This document shows positions 20,021 through 30,760 of a stretch of DNA of 64,000 nucleotides, piece after piece (the first letter of the stretch is position 1; every line of letters starts with the position of its first letter). The notes beneath the pieces are model-generated. The model made no database searches. It was given only the letters and a program-made list of their open reading frames with translations, and was not told where the DNA came from. Both the position numbers and the translations under genes were made by a program. This DNA is from Pirellulales bacterium (GTDB taxonomy: Bacteria > Planctomycetota > Planctomycetia > Pirellulales > PALSA-1355), in assembly GCA_963733035.1 (NCBI GenBank), contig CAVTBU010000007.1, positions 96,001 to 160,000 on the forward strand. The letters run 5' to 3'.

Positions 20021-22398
20021 GCGGAACCTTGCCAGATTGGCTCGAGCGATGGCTCGGCGTGGACGCCGCCAGCCCGGGCGAGGGTACGGCCTGGACGCTC
20101 GAAAACACCTGGAGTTGGGCACCCTGGGCGACGTTGCTGTTCGTGCTGTTGGCCGTCGCTTGGGTCACCTTCATCTACGCGCGCGAGAGCACTTCGACGG
20201 GCCGCGCGGTGCGGGCCCTGCTGATCGCGATTCGCCTGGCGTTGGTGGCGATTGTGGTCTTCATGCTGGCCGAATTCACGCTCTCGCTTCGCCGCACGGG
20301 GCTGCCGACGGTGGCCGTGCTGGTCGACGACTCGGCCAGCATGGGAATTCAAGACCGCTACGACGAAAAGCGGCTGCAGTCGCTGGTGGCCAAGCGCATT
20401 GAATCGGCCGAGCTCGAGTCGCCCGATCGTCTCGGCCTGGCCAAGACCGTGCTGCTCAAAAAAGGCACGAACCTGCTCGAGTCCGTCGAGCGACGCTACC
20501 GTCTGAAGCTGTACTTTGTGTCCAGCGCCGCACGAGCGGAGGAAGGCAACCTGGCGGCGATGCGGAAAGCCGTTGAGCAACTGCAGCCGCAGGGAGAAAG
20601 CTCGCGACTGGGGGCCGGTGTGCGACGCGTGCTGGGCGATTTGCGCGGCTCGCCTCCCGCGGCCATCATTCTGCTTAGCGACGGTGTCAACACCGACGGC
20701 GAAAGCCTCGAAGACGCCGCTCGCTATGCGCGTCAAAAGGGAGTGCCGCTGTTCACCGTGGGCATCGGCAGCGAACAGCCGCTGCGCGATCTGGAACTGG
20801 CGGATCTATTGGTCGACGATGTCGTGTTCGTCGACGACGTGGTGAACTTCGAATACAAACTCACCGGCCGGGGACTGGCCGGCAAAACGGTCGAAGTCGT
20901 GTTGCATGAAAAAGACGACAACGTGGTGCTTGCTCGGATGAAAGTCGTCATCGACCAGGACGGTAAGCCGCAGCGGCTGCACTTGCCCTATCGACCCAAC
21001 CAGGTTGGCGAATTTGAATACGTGCTCGAAGTCGAGCATTTGCCCGACGAGGCCCAGCCCGACAATAACAGCCAGCTTCGGCTGATCAGCGTTCGCAAGG
21101 AGCAAATCAAGGTGCTGCTTGTGCAGGGTTATCCAAACTTCGAGTTCCGCTATCTCAAGCACATGCTCGAACGAGATAGCACGATTCAACTTAAAACGGT
21201 GCTTCAAGATGCCGACCTCGAGTATGCCGAGTTGGATGAGACCGCGCTGCGCGTGTTTCCGGTGCGCCGCGAAGAGCTGTTCGACTTCGACGTCGTGATC
21301 TTCGGTGACGTCAACCCGACGTATCTCAGCACGAGCGTAATGGCCAACCTGCACGACTTCGTTGAGAAGAAGGGGGGAGGTGTCGCCTTCATTGCCGGCC
21401 CGCGCCATATGCCACTCAGCTACGGCGGTACGCCCATCGAGCCGCTCCTGCCGATCGATCTGTCCAGCGTCAGCGTTCCCGATCCGAGCCAGCCGATCGA
21501 AGAGGGCTTCGTTCCCCGGCCGACGGACTTGGGGATGGTCAGCCCGCAGATGCAGTTGGGCGACAATGCCGCCGAGACGGCCCGCATCTGGGCGGACTTG
21601 CCACCGATGTTTTGGCTGGCCGACGTCCAGCAAGTGAAACCGGCCGCGCGCGTCCTGGCCGAACATCCGACGCGGTTGGCCGCTGATGGAGGTCCGCTGG
21701 GCGTATTCATCATGCAATATGTCGGCGCCGGCAAAGTGCTGTTTCACGCCACCGACGATACCTGGCGCTGGCGCTTTCGCGTGGGCGACGTGTACTTTGC
21801 CCGCTACTGGGTGCAGGCCGTGCGTTATCTTAGCCGGTCGAAACTGCTCGGCCAGGATACCGACGTCGAACTGACGGCCGACCGTCGCGAGTATCGACGC
21901 GGAGAGCCCGTGCAACTGCGCGTGCGATTCATCGATGAACGACAGGCGCCGGTAGCCGATGACGGAGTGACGGTCATCCTCGAGCGCGAGGGACAGCCGA
22001 ACCAGCGCGTCAAGCTGGTCCGCAACGCGACCAACCGCGGCATCTTCGAAGGTTCGTTCAACGAAGCGGTCGACGGCAAGTATCATGCCTGGGTCAGCAC
22101 GCCCACGCTCGAAGGCCAGGCCGCGGGAACCGACTTCCTCGTCGTTGCGCCCCCCGGCGAGTTGGAACGCATTCAGATGGATGCTGGGACGCTCAAGTTG
22201 GTGGCCGATGAAACGCGAGGTCGCTTCTACCGTATTCGTGACGTCGATCGACTACCCGGCGACTTGCCGCCCGGTAATCAGGTGCCCATTGAAACTCTGC
22301 CTCCCGAAGTGCTGTGGAATCGTTGGTGGCTCCTGGCAGCTTTCTTGGGTTTGATCACGTCGGAATGGATTCTTCGTAAACGCAAGGGAATGTTATAA
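20017..22398 (+). CDS. vWA plus glutamine-amidotransferase-like membrane protein
   Basis: ATGA overlap at 20017, 2 N-terminal TM helices, MIDAS DDSAS, LLSDG, DVVIFGD, TWRWR, C-terminal EWILRKR. Confidence 0.85.
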   Translation: MSGTLPDWLERWLGVDAASPGEGTAWTLENTWSWAPWATLLFVLLAVAWVTFIYARESTSTGRAVRALLIAIRLALVAIVVFMLAEFTLSLRRTGLPTVAVLVDDSASMGIQDRYDEKRLQSLVAKRIESAELESPDRLGLAKTVLLKKGTNLLESVERRYRLKLYFVSSAARAEEGNLAAMRKAVEQLQPQGESSRLGAGVRRVLGDLRGSPPAAIILLSDGVNTDGESLEDAARYARQKGVPLFTVGIGSEQPLRDLELADLLVDDVVFVDDVVNFEYKLTGRGLAGKTVEVVLHEKDDNVVLARMKVVIDQDGKPQRLHLPYRPNQVGEFEYVLEVEHLPDEAQPDNNSQLRLISVRKEQIKVLLVQGYPNFEFRYLKHMLERDSTIQLKTVLQDADLEYAELDETALRVFPVRREELFDFDVVIFGDVNPTYLSTSVMANLHDFVEKKGGGVAFIAGPRHMPLSYGGTPIEPLLPIDLSSVSVPDPSQPIEEGFVPRPTDLGMVSPQMQLGDNAAETARIWADLPPMFWLADVQQVKPAARVLAEHPTRLAADGGPLGVFIMQYVGAGKVLFHATDDTWRWRFRVGDVYFARYWVQAVRYLSRSKLLGQDTDVELTADRREYRRGEPVQLRVRFIDERQAPVADDGVTVILEREGQPNQRVKLVRNATNRGIFEGSFNEAVDGKYHAWVSTPTLEGQAAGTDFLVVAPPGELERIQMDAGTLKLVADETRGRFYRIRDVDRLPGDLPPGNQVPIETLPPEVLWNRWWLLAAFLGLITSEWILRKRKGML

Positions 22399-22454
22399 TT
22401 GCGGCGCTGGTGACGGCCCCACGACGTCGCCGGGCGCAAGAGGATGATTTGTGC

Positions 22455-25400
22455 ATGGCACATCCGCTGGAACAAAAGATCGGGCAAGTTCGCCGGCGAG
22501 CTCGTTGGCTACTGGGGCTATATGCCCTGGGGTGGACGTTCGGCATCGTGCTGGCCGCCGTGCTCGTGCTCACGCTGGCCGACTATCTGATCCGCTTCCA
22601 GGATCCCGGTGTGCGCGTGATGGCGTCGCTGAGCATGGTGGCCGTCTTGGGCTGGGCCGTTTATCACTTCGTGGTTGTCGGTTTTGCAGACTCGAAATTG
22701 GGCGACGTGCAGATCGCGCGCCGCATCGAACACCGGTTTCCGAGCCTCACCGACCGCCTGGCCAGCACCGTGCAATTTCTCAGACAACCGGAACTCGATC
22801 CGGCGGCGGGCAGCGTCGCGCTGCGCCGGGCGGTGATCCTGCAAACCGAACATGACGTGGCGGGGCTTGACGTCTCACAGGTCTTCGAACGGGGGCCCAC
22901 CCGCCGTGCGCTCGCCTTTGCAGGTGTACTGGCGCTGCTGTCCATGTTGTTAGTGGCGCTATCGCCCGGCAGCGCACGGATCGCGCTCATGCGGCTTACA
23001 CGTCCGCTGGGCGACGACGTCTGGCCGCGGTTCTATCACGTTGAATTTCGAACTCCTCCCTCGCGGTTGGCCGCCGGCCAGAATTTCGAAGTGGAGTTGC
23101 TGCAGGACGTTGGCCATCGCGTGCCCGACGACGTGCGGATCCACTACCGCTATAAAACCGGCCCGCAAACGTACGAGGAAGAGGTCGACGGCATGAAGTG
23201 GGTCAACGGCGCGCTGGTGGCCCGCAAAGATAACGTGCAGCGTCCGTTTTGGTATCGGGCCGAAGGGGGCGACGACTCGTCGATGGGCTGGCTCCGGCTC
23301 GAAGTGCTCGAAGCACCGCGGCTGGGTCCCACTCAAGTCACGCTGTACCCGCCTGACTACACCGGCTTGCCCGCGGAAGAAAGCGAGAAGAGCATTCATG
23401 CGCTGCGCGGTACGCGGATCGGACTGGCAGGTACCGTGACGAAGAAAGTCGTACGTGCGACGCTGCACCACGAGGATGGCAGCCAGCTGCCGCTGCAAGT
23501 GGCGGAGGACGGCTATTCGATCTCGCTCGCAGCCGACGCGGCCGAGCCGTTCGTAATCGACAAGACGGGACAATATTGGATCGAATTGGAAGACTCCGAG
23601 GGCCTTGTCGGCGGCGCGGAAGACCGCTGGGACATTCGCGCCATTCCCGATCTCGAACCGACCGTCACGATCGAAAAGCCGGGCACCAATGTTTACATTA
23701 CTCCGCAGGGTGAAGTCTCGCTGGCCGTCGCCGTGAAAGACGATCTGGCGATTCACAATATCGAGTTGCACTTTAGTCGCTCGGACCGCACGGACGTCGA
23801 GGACTTCGCCGTGTCGCTCTACCAGGGACCAGAGCGCGCGCCGCGTCAAACCGAAACCGGCCTACTGCTGGGCGGTAAGCTCGGCGAAAGTCGCGTCGTC
23901 GAGCATCGCTGGTTGCTCTCCGAACTAAAGCTGGAGCCCGGCGTCCAGCTGACCTTTTGGGCGAGCGCCACGGATTACCTACCTCAATCCGGCAAGAGCA
24001 CGGTTCGCAAGATCACGGTCATCACGCCGGACGAGCTCGAGGAGCGTCTGGCTCAGCGTCAGACGTTAGTCCTGGGAGAATTGCAACGCGTGCTGAAGCT
24101 TCAGCAAGATGCCCGCTCGCAGACCCGCTCCCTCGAAATTCAAGTGAATGACGTCGGTCGCATCGGCAAGAGCGACGTCGATCATGCTCAGTCCGCCGAG
24201 TTAAACCAGCGGCAAGTGACCCGCACGCTCACCAGTCCGACCGAGGGCATTCCGGCGCAGATTGCCGAATTCCTGGCCGAGTTGCGCAGCAACCATGTCG
24301 ACAGTCCGGGCGTCGAGCGGAACATGACGGGCATCCTCGACAAAATCGAGCGGCTCAATCAGCAGCACCTTGGCACGGTCGAGAGCGAATTGACGAGTTT
24401 CATCAAGGGATCGCAGGCCAAGCTGGCGGACGAATCGGTGCGCGACAGCGGCACGGCCGAGCCGGATTCCCAATTGAAGGAGTCGCTCGCGAGCGCCGGC
24501 CAAAATCAGGATCGGGTTGTTGAGTCGCTCGAACAGATGCTCAGCGAACTCGGTCGCTGGGACAGCTACCGCAGGTTCGCGCGTGATGTCTCGCAGCTCC
24601 AGCGCGACCAGGAAGAGATCGCGCGGCAGACCAACGAACTGTCGCCGCGGACGCTCGGTCGCGACTTCAAGGATCTCCCGGATCAGCAGCAGGCCGACCT
24701 GCGGAAACTCGCCAGCCAACAAGCCGAGTTGAGTCGGCGCCTCGAAAAGACGCAACAGCAAATGGCCGAAATGAGCCGCTCGCTCGGTGAAACCGACCCC
24801 ATCGCCGCGGCTACAATTTCCGACGGCTTGCACCAGGCTCGCCAGCAGGCCATCAGCGATTCGATGCGCAAGAGTGGCGATCAACTCGAAAAGAACCAAC
24901 TTGGCCAGGCCACCGGGCTACAGCAAAAAATCGCCCGCGACCTCGAGGACCTGCAGTCAATTCTGTCGAACCGCCGCGAACAGGAACTCGCCGCGGCTGG
25001 TAAAGCAACTCCGCGAAGCCGAGCAGGAGATGGCCAAACTCCGCCGGCAGCAGGCCGGCCTGCGCAAGAAGATGAAGGACGCCGAGAAAATCTCCGACCC
25101 CGCGGAGCGGAAACGCGAGTTGGAACGACTCACTCGAGAACAAAAGCAACTCGAAACAGAAACGGCGCGATTGGCGCGCAACTCCAGCGCTTGCAAGCCG
25201 AACAAGCTGGTAGCAGTACCTCGTCGGCCGCTGGCAAAATGGCCGGCGCCGGTCAGCAGGGCGAACAGGGCGACGCCGGCGGCGCTCAGGAGCAGGCCGC
25301 GCAGGCCGAAAAGGACCTCGAGGAAGCGGCCCAGCAGCTGGCCGAGCGCCGCAAACAGGCCGAACAGGACCTGGCCCGCGAACAGCTCGCGCGGCTTGAA

Positions 25401-26186
25401 GATTCGCTCAAGGGTTTGCTCGATCGACAGGAAAAGCTGATTCAGGAGACGCAACGATTGCAGCAACTCCGCGCCTCGGCAGGACGCCTTTCGCGGGCGC
25501 AATTGGCAACGCTCGGCGATTTGGCGCGACAGCAGTCGGGGCTTGGCGGAGAAACTTCACAGTTGGCCGAAAAACTCGAACTCACCGAGGTAATCAACTT
25601 GGCGCTGAGCGGCGCCGCCAGGCACATGGATCGCGCCGCCGAACTGCTCGAGCTGCGCGATACGGGCACGCAAGCCCAAGGCGCCCAAGAGGCCGCTCGC
25701 TTGCGTTTGGCGCAATTGATCGCGGCGTTCCAGAACAAAAACAAACCTGGCGACAAGGAGGGCGCTGGAGGCGGAAATTCGGGCGGAGGTGGTTCCGGCG
25801 GTCGCTCCGACGGCGGCTTCGTCCTCACGCAGCTCAAACTGCTCAAGCTGATGCAGGAAGATCTCAATGATCGCTATCGGGGCTTGGTTTCCGAGGGCGA
25901 CGAAAACCCGCGCGACGTGCGGCGACAACTCTCCGAGATAGCCGAAGAGCAGGGGCGGTTAGCCGAACTAACGCTTAAGCTTTCCGAGCCCGAGGTCGAC
26001 AATCCCGAAGATCATCCGGAGAAACTACCGGACGTACGCCAGGACGGCGATGCTTCGCCAGATGGTCTGCTGAAGGATCTGGAAGCGTTGCCGAATCTCG
26101 ATTTGGGAGAGCCGGCCGAAGCAGTTCCGGACGAAGTTCCGCCTCCCGATGCCGCAACCGATCCGGCCGTCAAGGAGCCTTCGTAA
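22455..26186 (+). CDS. Large membrane-anchored coiled-coil protein (DUF4175-like); compensating indels near 24992 and 25180
   Basis: 3 N-terminal TM helices, beta-rich region (PPDYTG, DLEPTV), then long Q/E/L heptad helices. Confidence 0.8.
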   Translation: MAHPLEQKIGQVRRRARWLLGLYALGWTFGIVLAAVLVLTLADYLIRFQDPGVRVMASLSMVAVLGWAVYHFVVVGFADSKLGDVQIARRIEHRFPSLTDRLASTVQFLRQPELDPAAGSVALRRAVILQTEHDVAGLDVSQVFERGPTRRALAFAGVLALLSMLLVALSPGSARIALMRLTRPLGDDVWPRFYHVEFRTPPSRLAAGQNFEVELLQDVGHRVPDDVRIHYRYKTGPQTYEEEVDGMKWVNGALVARKDNVQRPFWYRAEGGDDSSMGWLRLEVLEAPRLGPTQVTLYPPDYTGLPAEESEKSIHALRGTRIGLAGTVTKKVVRATLHHEDGSQLPLQVAEDGYSISLAADAAEPFVIDKTGQYWIELEDSEGLVGGAEDRWDIRAIPDLEPTVTIEKPGTNVYITPQGEVSLAVAVKDDLAIHNIELHFSRSDRTDVEDFAVSLYQGPERAPRQTETGLLLGGKLGESRVVEHRWLLSELKLEPGVQLTFWASATDYLPQSGKSTVRKITVITPDELEERLAQRQTLVLGELQRVLKLQQDARSQTRSLEIQVNDVGRIGKSDVDHAQSAELNQRQVTRTLTSPTEGIPAQIAEFLAELRSNHVDSPGVERNMTGILDKIERLNQQHLGTVESELTSFIKGSQAKLADESVRDSGTAEPDSQLKESLASAGQNQDRVVESLEQMLSELGRWDSYRRFARDVSQLQRDQEEIARQTNELSPRTLGRDFKDLPDQQQADLRKLASQQAELSRRLEKTQQQMAEMSRSLGETDPIAAATISDGLHQARQQAISDSMRKSGDQLEKNQLGQATGLQQKIARDLEDLQSILSNRREQELAAAGKATPRSRAGDGQTPPAAGRPAQEDEGRRENLRPRGAETRVGTTHSRTKATRNRNGAIGAQLQRLQAEQAGSSTSSAAGKMAGAGQQGEQGDAGGAQEQAAQAEKDLEEAAQQLAERRKQAEQDLAREQLARLEDSLKGLLDRQEKLIQETQRLQQLRASAGRLSRAQLATLGDLARQQSGLGGETSQLAEKLELTEVINLALSGAARHMDRAAELLELRDTGTQAQGAQEAARLRLAQLIAAFQNKNKPGDKEGAGGGNSGGGGSGGRSDGGFVLTQLKLLKLMQEDLNDRYRGLVSEGDENPRDVRRQLSEIAEEQGRLAELTLKLSEPEVDNPEDHPEKLPDVRQDGDASPDGLLKDLEALPNLDLGEPAEAVPDEVPPPDAATDPAVKEPS

Positions 26187-26980
26187 TGCGCGACATGGTG
26201 CAAATCAATTCTTGGCGACGATGGCGCCTGGGTCTGGCAATGGCGTGCCTGGCTGGCTTCGCAGCCATGCCTTTGAGTTCTATTGCACAGCCGCCCAAGG
26301 ACGCCGGGCAGTCGATCGACGATGCGCTGCTGGAAGATCTCGACAACGAACTGCTCGAGGGCGTTGGTGATCTGAAGAAACCAGCGCGCGAGAAACCGGC
26401 TGCCGATAAGCCGCTGGACGGCAAGCCTGCCGACGATGCGGGCGACCCGCGTCCACCGCTCGATGCCGCCATCGATGGAGAGGACGTGGGCATGCCCAGT
26501 GCCGACCGTGATCCGCTGGGGTACATCAGCCAGGAGATGCGGCAGGTCGAGCGACTGATTGCCGAGCAGGAAAAACGCCCCCACGCCGAGGAGCTGCAGC
26601 GACGCATCGTCGACGATCTGGCCCGCCTCATCGACCAGGCCGAGAAACAGCGCCAGCAGCAATCGTCGTCGTCTCAAAACCAAAATCAACAGCAAACCGC
26701 CAAACGGCAGAGTCCCAAGCAGTCGCAGCAACAGAGCCAGAAAGGCCCCGGGAAGGATTCCAGTCAGCCGGCCTCCGATAGCACCGATCGGCTGGGCCGC
26801 GCCGAGCAGGTCCGACCCGACCCGGAACTCCTGCGTGGTTTGATGAAGGACGCTTGGGGGCACTTGCCCGAGCGCGACCGCGAGCAGATGAAACAGATGG
26901 CTCCGGAGCGGTTCTTGCCGCAGTACGAACTAATGATCGAACGTTACTATCGGCGGCTGGCCGAGGAGCGCTCGCCGTAA
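26186..26980 (+). CDS. Exported hypothetical protein with a Gln/Ser-rich linker
   Basis: TAATG overlap, signal peptide, helical region, QQQSSSSQNQ tract, C-terminal WGHLP...IERYYRRLA. Confidence 0.75.
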   Translation: MRDMVQINSWRRWRLGLAMACLAGFAAMPLSSIAQPPKDAGQSIDDALLEDLDNELLEGVGDLKKPAREKPAADKPLDGKPADDAGDPRPPLDAAIDGEDVGMPSADRDPLGYISQEMRQVERLIAEQEKRPHAEELQRRIVDDLARLIDQAEKQRQQQSSSSQNQNQQQTAKRQSPKQSQQQSQKGPGKDSSQPASDSTDRLGRAEQVRPDPELLRGLMKDAWGHLPERDREQMKQMAPERFLPQYELMIERYYRRLAEERSP

Positions 26981-26995
26981 TCGCGAGGTCGGTCG

Positions 26996-28083
26996 ATGAC
27001 AAACGGCAAACAGGAAGACAGTTTCGCGCCGAGGGGATTCGCCGCCAGCCGCCGCCGGTTTCTGGTCGGCGCCACCGCTGCGTTGGCCTCCGGCCTTTGG
27101 GGGCGGAATCTTTGGGCCCAACAGCGCGATCCCGAGAAGTCGGCCGTCGACCTGATGACACCGGCCGCTGCCGAAGCGTCCGTCCGCGGCTTGAAGCTGT
27201 TGGCCTCGCGGCAGGACGAAGACGGCTCCTTCCACTCGGGCGGCTACAGTCGCAACGTGGCCATCGGCGCGCTGGCCGGCATGGCGTTCATGGCCGGTGG
27301 CAGCACGCCTTCGCGCGGACCATTTGGCACGAATGTCAATCGCGCGATCGACTACATCCTGACCAACACGCAGGAAAGCGGCTTCATCAACATTCCCAAC
27401 GCCAGCAGCCACGGACCCATGTACGGCCACGGCTTCGCCACGCTGTTTTTGGCCGAGTGCTACGGCATGACGCAGCGGGCCGACATTCGCGAAAAGCTGT
27501 CCAAGGCGGTCAACCTGATCGTCAACACCCAAAACGGCGAAGGGGGTTGGCGCTATCAGCCGGTGCGGCGCGATGCGGACATCTCCGTCACGATTTGCCA
27601 GGTGATGGCGCTCTGCGCCGCGCGAAACGCCGGGCTGTTCGTGCCTCGCGAAACGATCGATCGTTGCACCAGCTACGTCAAACGGAGCCAGAATGCCGAT
27701 GGCGGCTTCATGTACATGATTCAGGGTGGGCAGAGCGCTTTCCGCGCACGGCCGCCGGTGTGGTCGCCCTCTACAGCGCGGGTATCTACGAAGGGCCCGA
27801 GATCGCCAAGGGGCTCAAATACCTGATGGACTTCCTGCCGCAGGCCGGCGACGTAAATCGGGAGAGCCACTATTTCTACGGCCACTACTACGCGGTGCAG
27901 GCCATGTGGCATGCCGGCGGCGAACACTGGAACAAGTGGTACCCGGCCGTTCGCGACGCTCTGGTCGCACGCCAAAACGACGACGGTTCTTGGAGCGACT
28001 CGATCTGCGTCGAATACGGCACGGCCATGGCCTGCATCATTTTGCAAATGCCCAACAACTATCTACCCATCTTCCAACGCTAA
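26996..28083 (+). CDS. Tat-exported prenyltransferase/squalene-oxidase repeat (alpha/alpha toroid) protein; apparent frameshift near 27740
   Basis: SRRRFL Tat motif. QW-like repeats QDEDGSF, QNGEGGW, QNADGGF and QNDDGSW. MYGHGFATL and FYGHYYAVQA. The frames join as GQSAF-PRTAAG. Confidence 0.85.
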
Positions 28084-29277
28084 ATGTGTCTTCAAACTCT
28101 CTCTGTCGGTTGTTGGGTCATGCTGGCCGCGCTGGTCGCCCGGGGCGAACAGTTGCCGCTGGCCGTACCGGTCGACGGCGAGTCATTTCGCGCCACCCTC
28201 GCTGGAGCCCATGACGGTCAGTTCAAATTCTCGCTCGACGGCAAGGATCGTACGCTGCCCGCTCCCGATTTGGTGACCTGGGGCCACTTCGTCGATCCGG
28301 CGCCGGGCGTCCACGTCATCCTCTCGGGCGGCGGGCTGCTCGTTTCGGAAACGGCGCGGCTCGACGGCGAAAGTGTCACCGGCGAGTCGGTTACGTTTGG
28401 CAAGTGGAAATTGCCGATCGACCTGGTGGCCGGAATTCTATTGCGCCCGCCGTTCGACCGCGCGGCCGCCGACAAGCTTCTCTCGCGCGTCGAGTCGGCC
28501 GCGGGTCGCGACGACCGCCTGCTGCTGGACAACGGCGACCAGTTGACCGGCACGCTCACGGCCCTGGACGACAAGAAAGCCGTGCTTCGCGGCGAACATG
28601 GCCCGCTCGAAATCAACATCGACTCGCTGGCCGCGATCGTGTTCGATCCTTCGTTGGTCAGCCGTCCGCGCGCCACAGGGCTGCGGATGATCGTCGGCTT
28701 CCAGGACGGCAGCCGTCTCACGGCCACAAGCATCACCACCGACGGCGCCAACGCAAAACTAACATTGCCCGGGGGAGTCGAACTCACCTCGGCTACAAGC
28801 TGGATCGTGGCCCTGCAAACGCTCGGCGGCCGCGTCGCATACCTTTCCGACCGAGAACCGTCGAGCTATCGGCACATCCCATATCTCGAACTCAGCTGGC
28901 CCTATCGCAACGATCGCAGTGTTGGCGGCGCGCGACTCCGCGCGGGTGGACGGCTCTATCTCAAAGGGCTTGGCATGCACAGCCCGGCCCGCATCACGTA
29001 CAACCTCGACGGCGACTACCGCCGCTTCGATGCCGAGGTGGCCGTAGATGACGAGGCTCGCGCGCGCGGCAGCGTGCTGTTTCGCGTGTTCGTCGACGAC
29101 GGCAACGGCGATTGGCAGGAGCGAGCCACGAGCGCGATCCTCCGCGGCGGTCAGGCTCCGCACACGCTTTCCGCCGACCTGACGGGAGCCAAGCGAATCA
29201 GTCTGTTGGTCGACTTCGCCGATCGTGGCGACGAATTGGACCACGCCGACTGGCTCGACGCGCGACTGGTACCGTAG
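28084..29277 (+). CDS. NPCBM/NEW2 domain-containing exported protein
   Basis: C-terminal YLSD...DRSVGG..L....YLKGLGMH...ADWLDARL; hydrophobic N-terminus. Confidence 0.85.
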   Translation: MCLQTLSVGCWVMLAALVARGEQLPLAVPVDGESFRATLAGAHDGQFKFSLDGKDRTLPAPDLVTWGHFVDPAPGVHVILSGGGLLVSETARLDGESVTGESVTFGKWKLPIDLVAGILLRPPFDRAAADKLLSRVESAAGRDDRLLLDNGDQLTGTLTALDDKKAVLRGEHGPLEINIDSLAAIVFDPSLVSRPRATGLRMIVGFQDGSRLTATSITTDGANAKLTLPGGVELTSATSWIVALQTLGGRVAYLSDREPSSYRHIPYLELSWPYRNDRSVGGARLRAGGRLYLKGLGMHSPARITYNLDGDYRRFDAEVAVDDEARARGSVLFRVFVDDGNGDWQERATSAILRGGQAPHTLSADLTGAKRISLLVDFADRGDELDHADWLDARLVP

Positions 29278-29312
29278 TCGGTTTCTCGATCGCGGGCGAG
29301 AGTTCGCCGCAC

Positions 29313-30518
29313 TTACGCTCCGTACTTACCTAGTCGTTCCGCGTTTGCCAGCGCCAGCAGCATCAGGTATTTCGACTCGAATTGGCCCAAACCGCCGCGA
29401 ATGGCTTCATTTTCGCCAAACGTCTGGCAAGCGTCCGTGCGGCAGGCTTTCGACGCCAACAGAGTCGGCACGGGGTGCCAACTGTGGCTGCGCAGCAGAC
29501 TCGGCGTGCTATGATCGCCGGTAACTATAAGCACTGTGGGATTCAGCTTCGTGACGCGCGGGATCACCGCATCCAACTCCTCGATCTTCTTCACCTTGGC
29601 GTCGAAGTTGCCGTCCTCGCCCGTTGCGTCGGTGTACTTGAAGTGCACGAAAAAGAAGTCGTAATCGTCCCAACTCTTCTCCAGCACTTCGAGTTGCTCG
29701 TTCAGCGTTTGGGCTATGCCAACAATTTGCATGCCGACCAGTCTGGCCAGACCCTTGTACATGGGATACACGGCGATTGCGGCCGCCTTCAACCCATACA
29801 CTTCCTCGAACGTCGGCAGTGCCGGCCGGGCGGCAAACCCGCGGAGCGTCAGGCCGTTCGCTTTCTTTTGATCCTTCAGAAGTCCTCGCGCCTGCTCGAC
29901 GAATTGGGCTGCCACTTTGGCCGTCTTGCCGCTGGCGTCGTCCTCGGCCCGAGGTGCGTGTGGCGGCACGCCGGTTTCCTGGGGATCGGTATCGAGGACC
30001 TTATCTCCCAAGCCCTCGCCGCGAAACACCACCACGAAGCGATGCTCTTTCACCGGTTCGACGAACAGCTCGACGCCGGGAATCTTCACCTCGCGAAGCT
30101 TGACGGCCAACGGCGCGCTCTCTTCGCTGGGAATGCGCCCCGCGCGGCGATCGGAAATATTGCCGGCCGCGTCCAGCGTGCAGTAGTTGCCACGCACGGC
30201 GACGTCTTTCGGTCCGAGTTCAAAGCCGATGCCCGTCGCTTCGAGCGCGCCGCGGCCGATGCGATACTCCAGCGGATCGTAGCCGAACAGGCCCAAATGG
30301 CCGGGGCCGCTCCCCGGCGTGATGCCCGGTTTGACGGGTATGCTGCCGCCCGAGACGCCGATGCGCGCCAGTTCGTCAAGGTGCGGCGTGCGGGCCGTTT
30401 CCAATTCGGTCTTGCCGCCCGGTTCCAGGGGTAATCCGCCCAACCCGTCGGCCACCAGCATCACGATCTTCGAGTCGTTTTTGACTTTCAGTTCGCGGGT
30501 CAGTTCGTGCATATCCAT
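29313..30518 (-). CDS. apgM: 2,3-bisphosphoglycerate-independent phosphoglycerate mutase (ApgM type)
   Basis: VADGLGG, PGSGPGHLGLFGYDP, GRGALEA, FVHFKYTD..GEDG, TGDHSTP and HSWHPVP. Confidence 0.92.
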   Translation of the reverse strand: MDMHELTRELKVKNDSKIVMLVADGLGGLPLEPGGKTELETARTPHLDELARIGVSGGSIPVKPGITPGSGPGHLGLFGYDPLEYRIGRGALEATGIGFELGPKDVAVRGNYCTLDAAGNISDRRAGRIPSEESAPLAVKLREVKIPGVELFVEPVKEHRFVVVFRGEGLGDKVLDTDPQETGVPPHAPRAEDDASGKTAKVAAQFVEQARGLLKDQKKANGLTLRGFAARPALPTFEEVYGLKAAAIAVYPMYKGLARLVGMQIVGIAQTLNEQLEVLEKSWDDYDFFFVHFKYTDATGEDGNFDAKVKKIEELDAVIPRVTKLNPTVLIVTGDHSTPSLLRSHSWHPVPTLLASKACRTDACQTFGENEAIRGGLGQFESKYLMLLALANAERLGKYGA

Positions 30519-30760
30519 GTTCGAGGTTTCCTCATATTTTTTGCGCCGCCGGGCGATTATCTCGATACGTCTTGTGGTAGCATAAACGGCCGCAGACACA
30601 AGGGGCACAGCCACGGGCGCCGCGCCCAACACGAGTCGGCAGCGCCGTTTGGCTGTTTGGCTGTTCGGCCCCTTGGCGGTCACGTGCGACGTTTGTATCC
30701 TCTGGTGCGTTAGTCCCTCCCGCTCTCACGCCCACCGCGGCAAATGTAGGTGATCAAGTC

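Noticed and set aside
30647..30670. Short tandem repeat tttggctg-tttggctg-ttcggcc in the apgM/pgi divergent region
   Set aside because: Only about 2.5 copies of 8 bp. It could be an operator, but this cannot be told from chance here.
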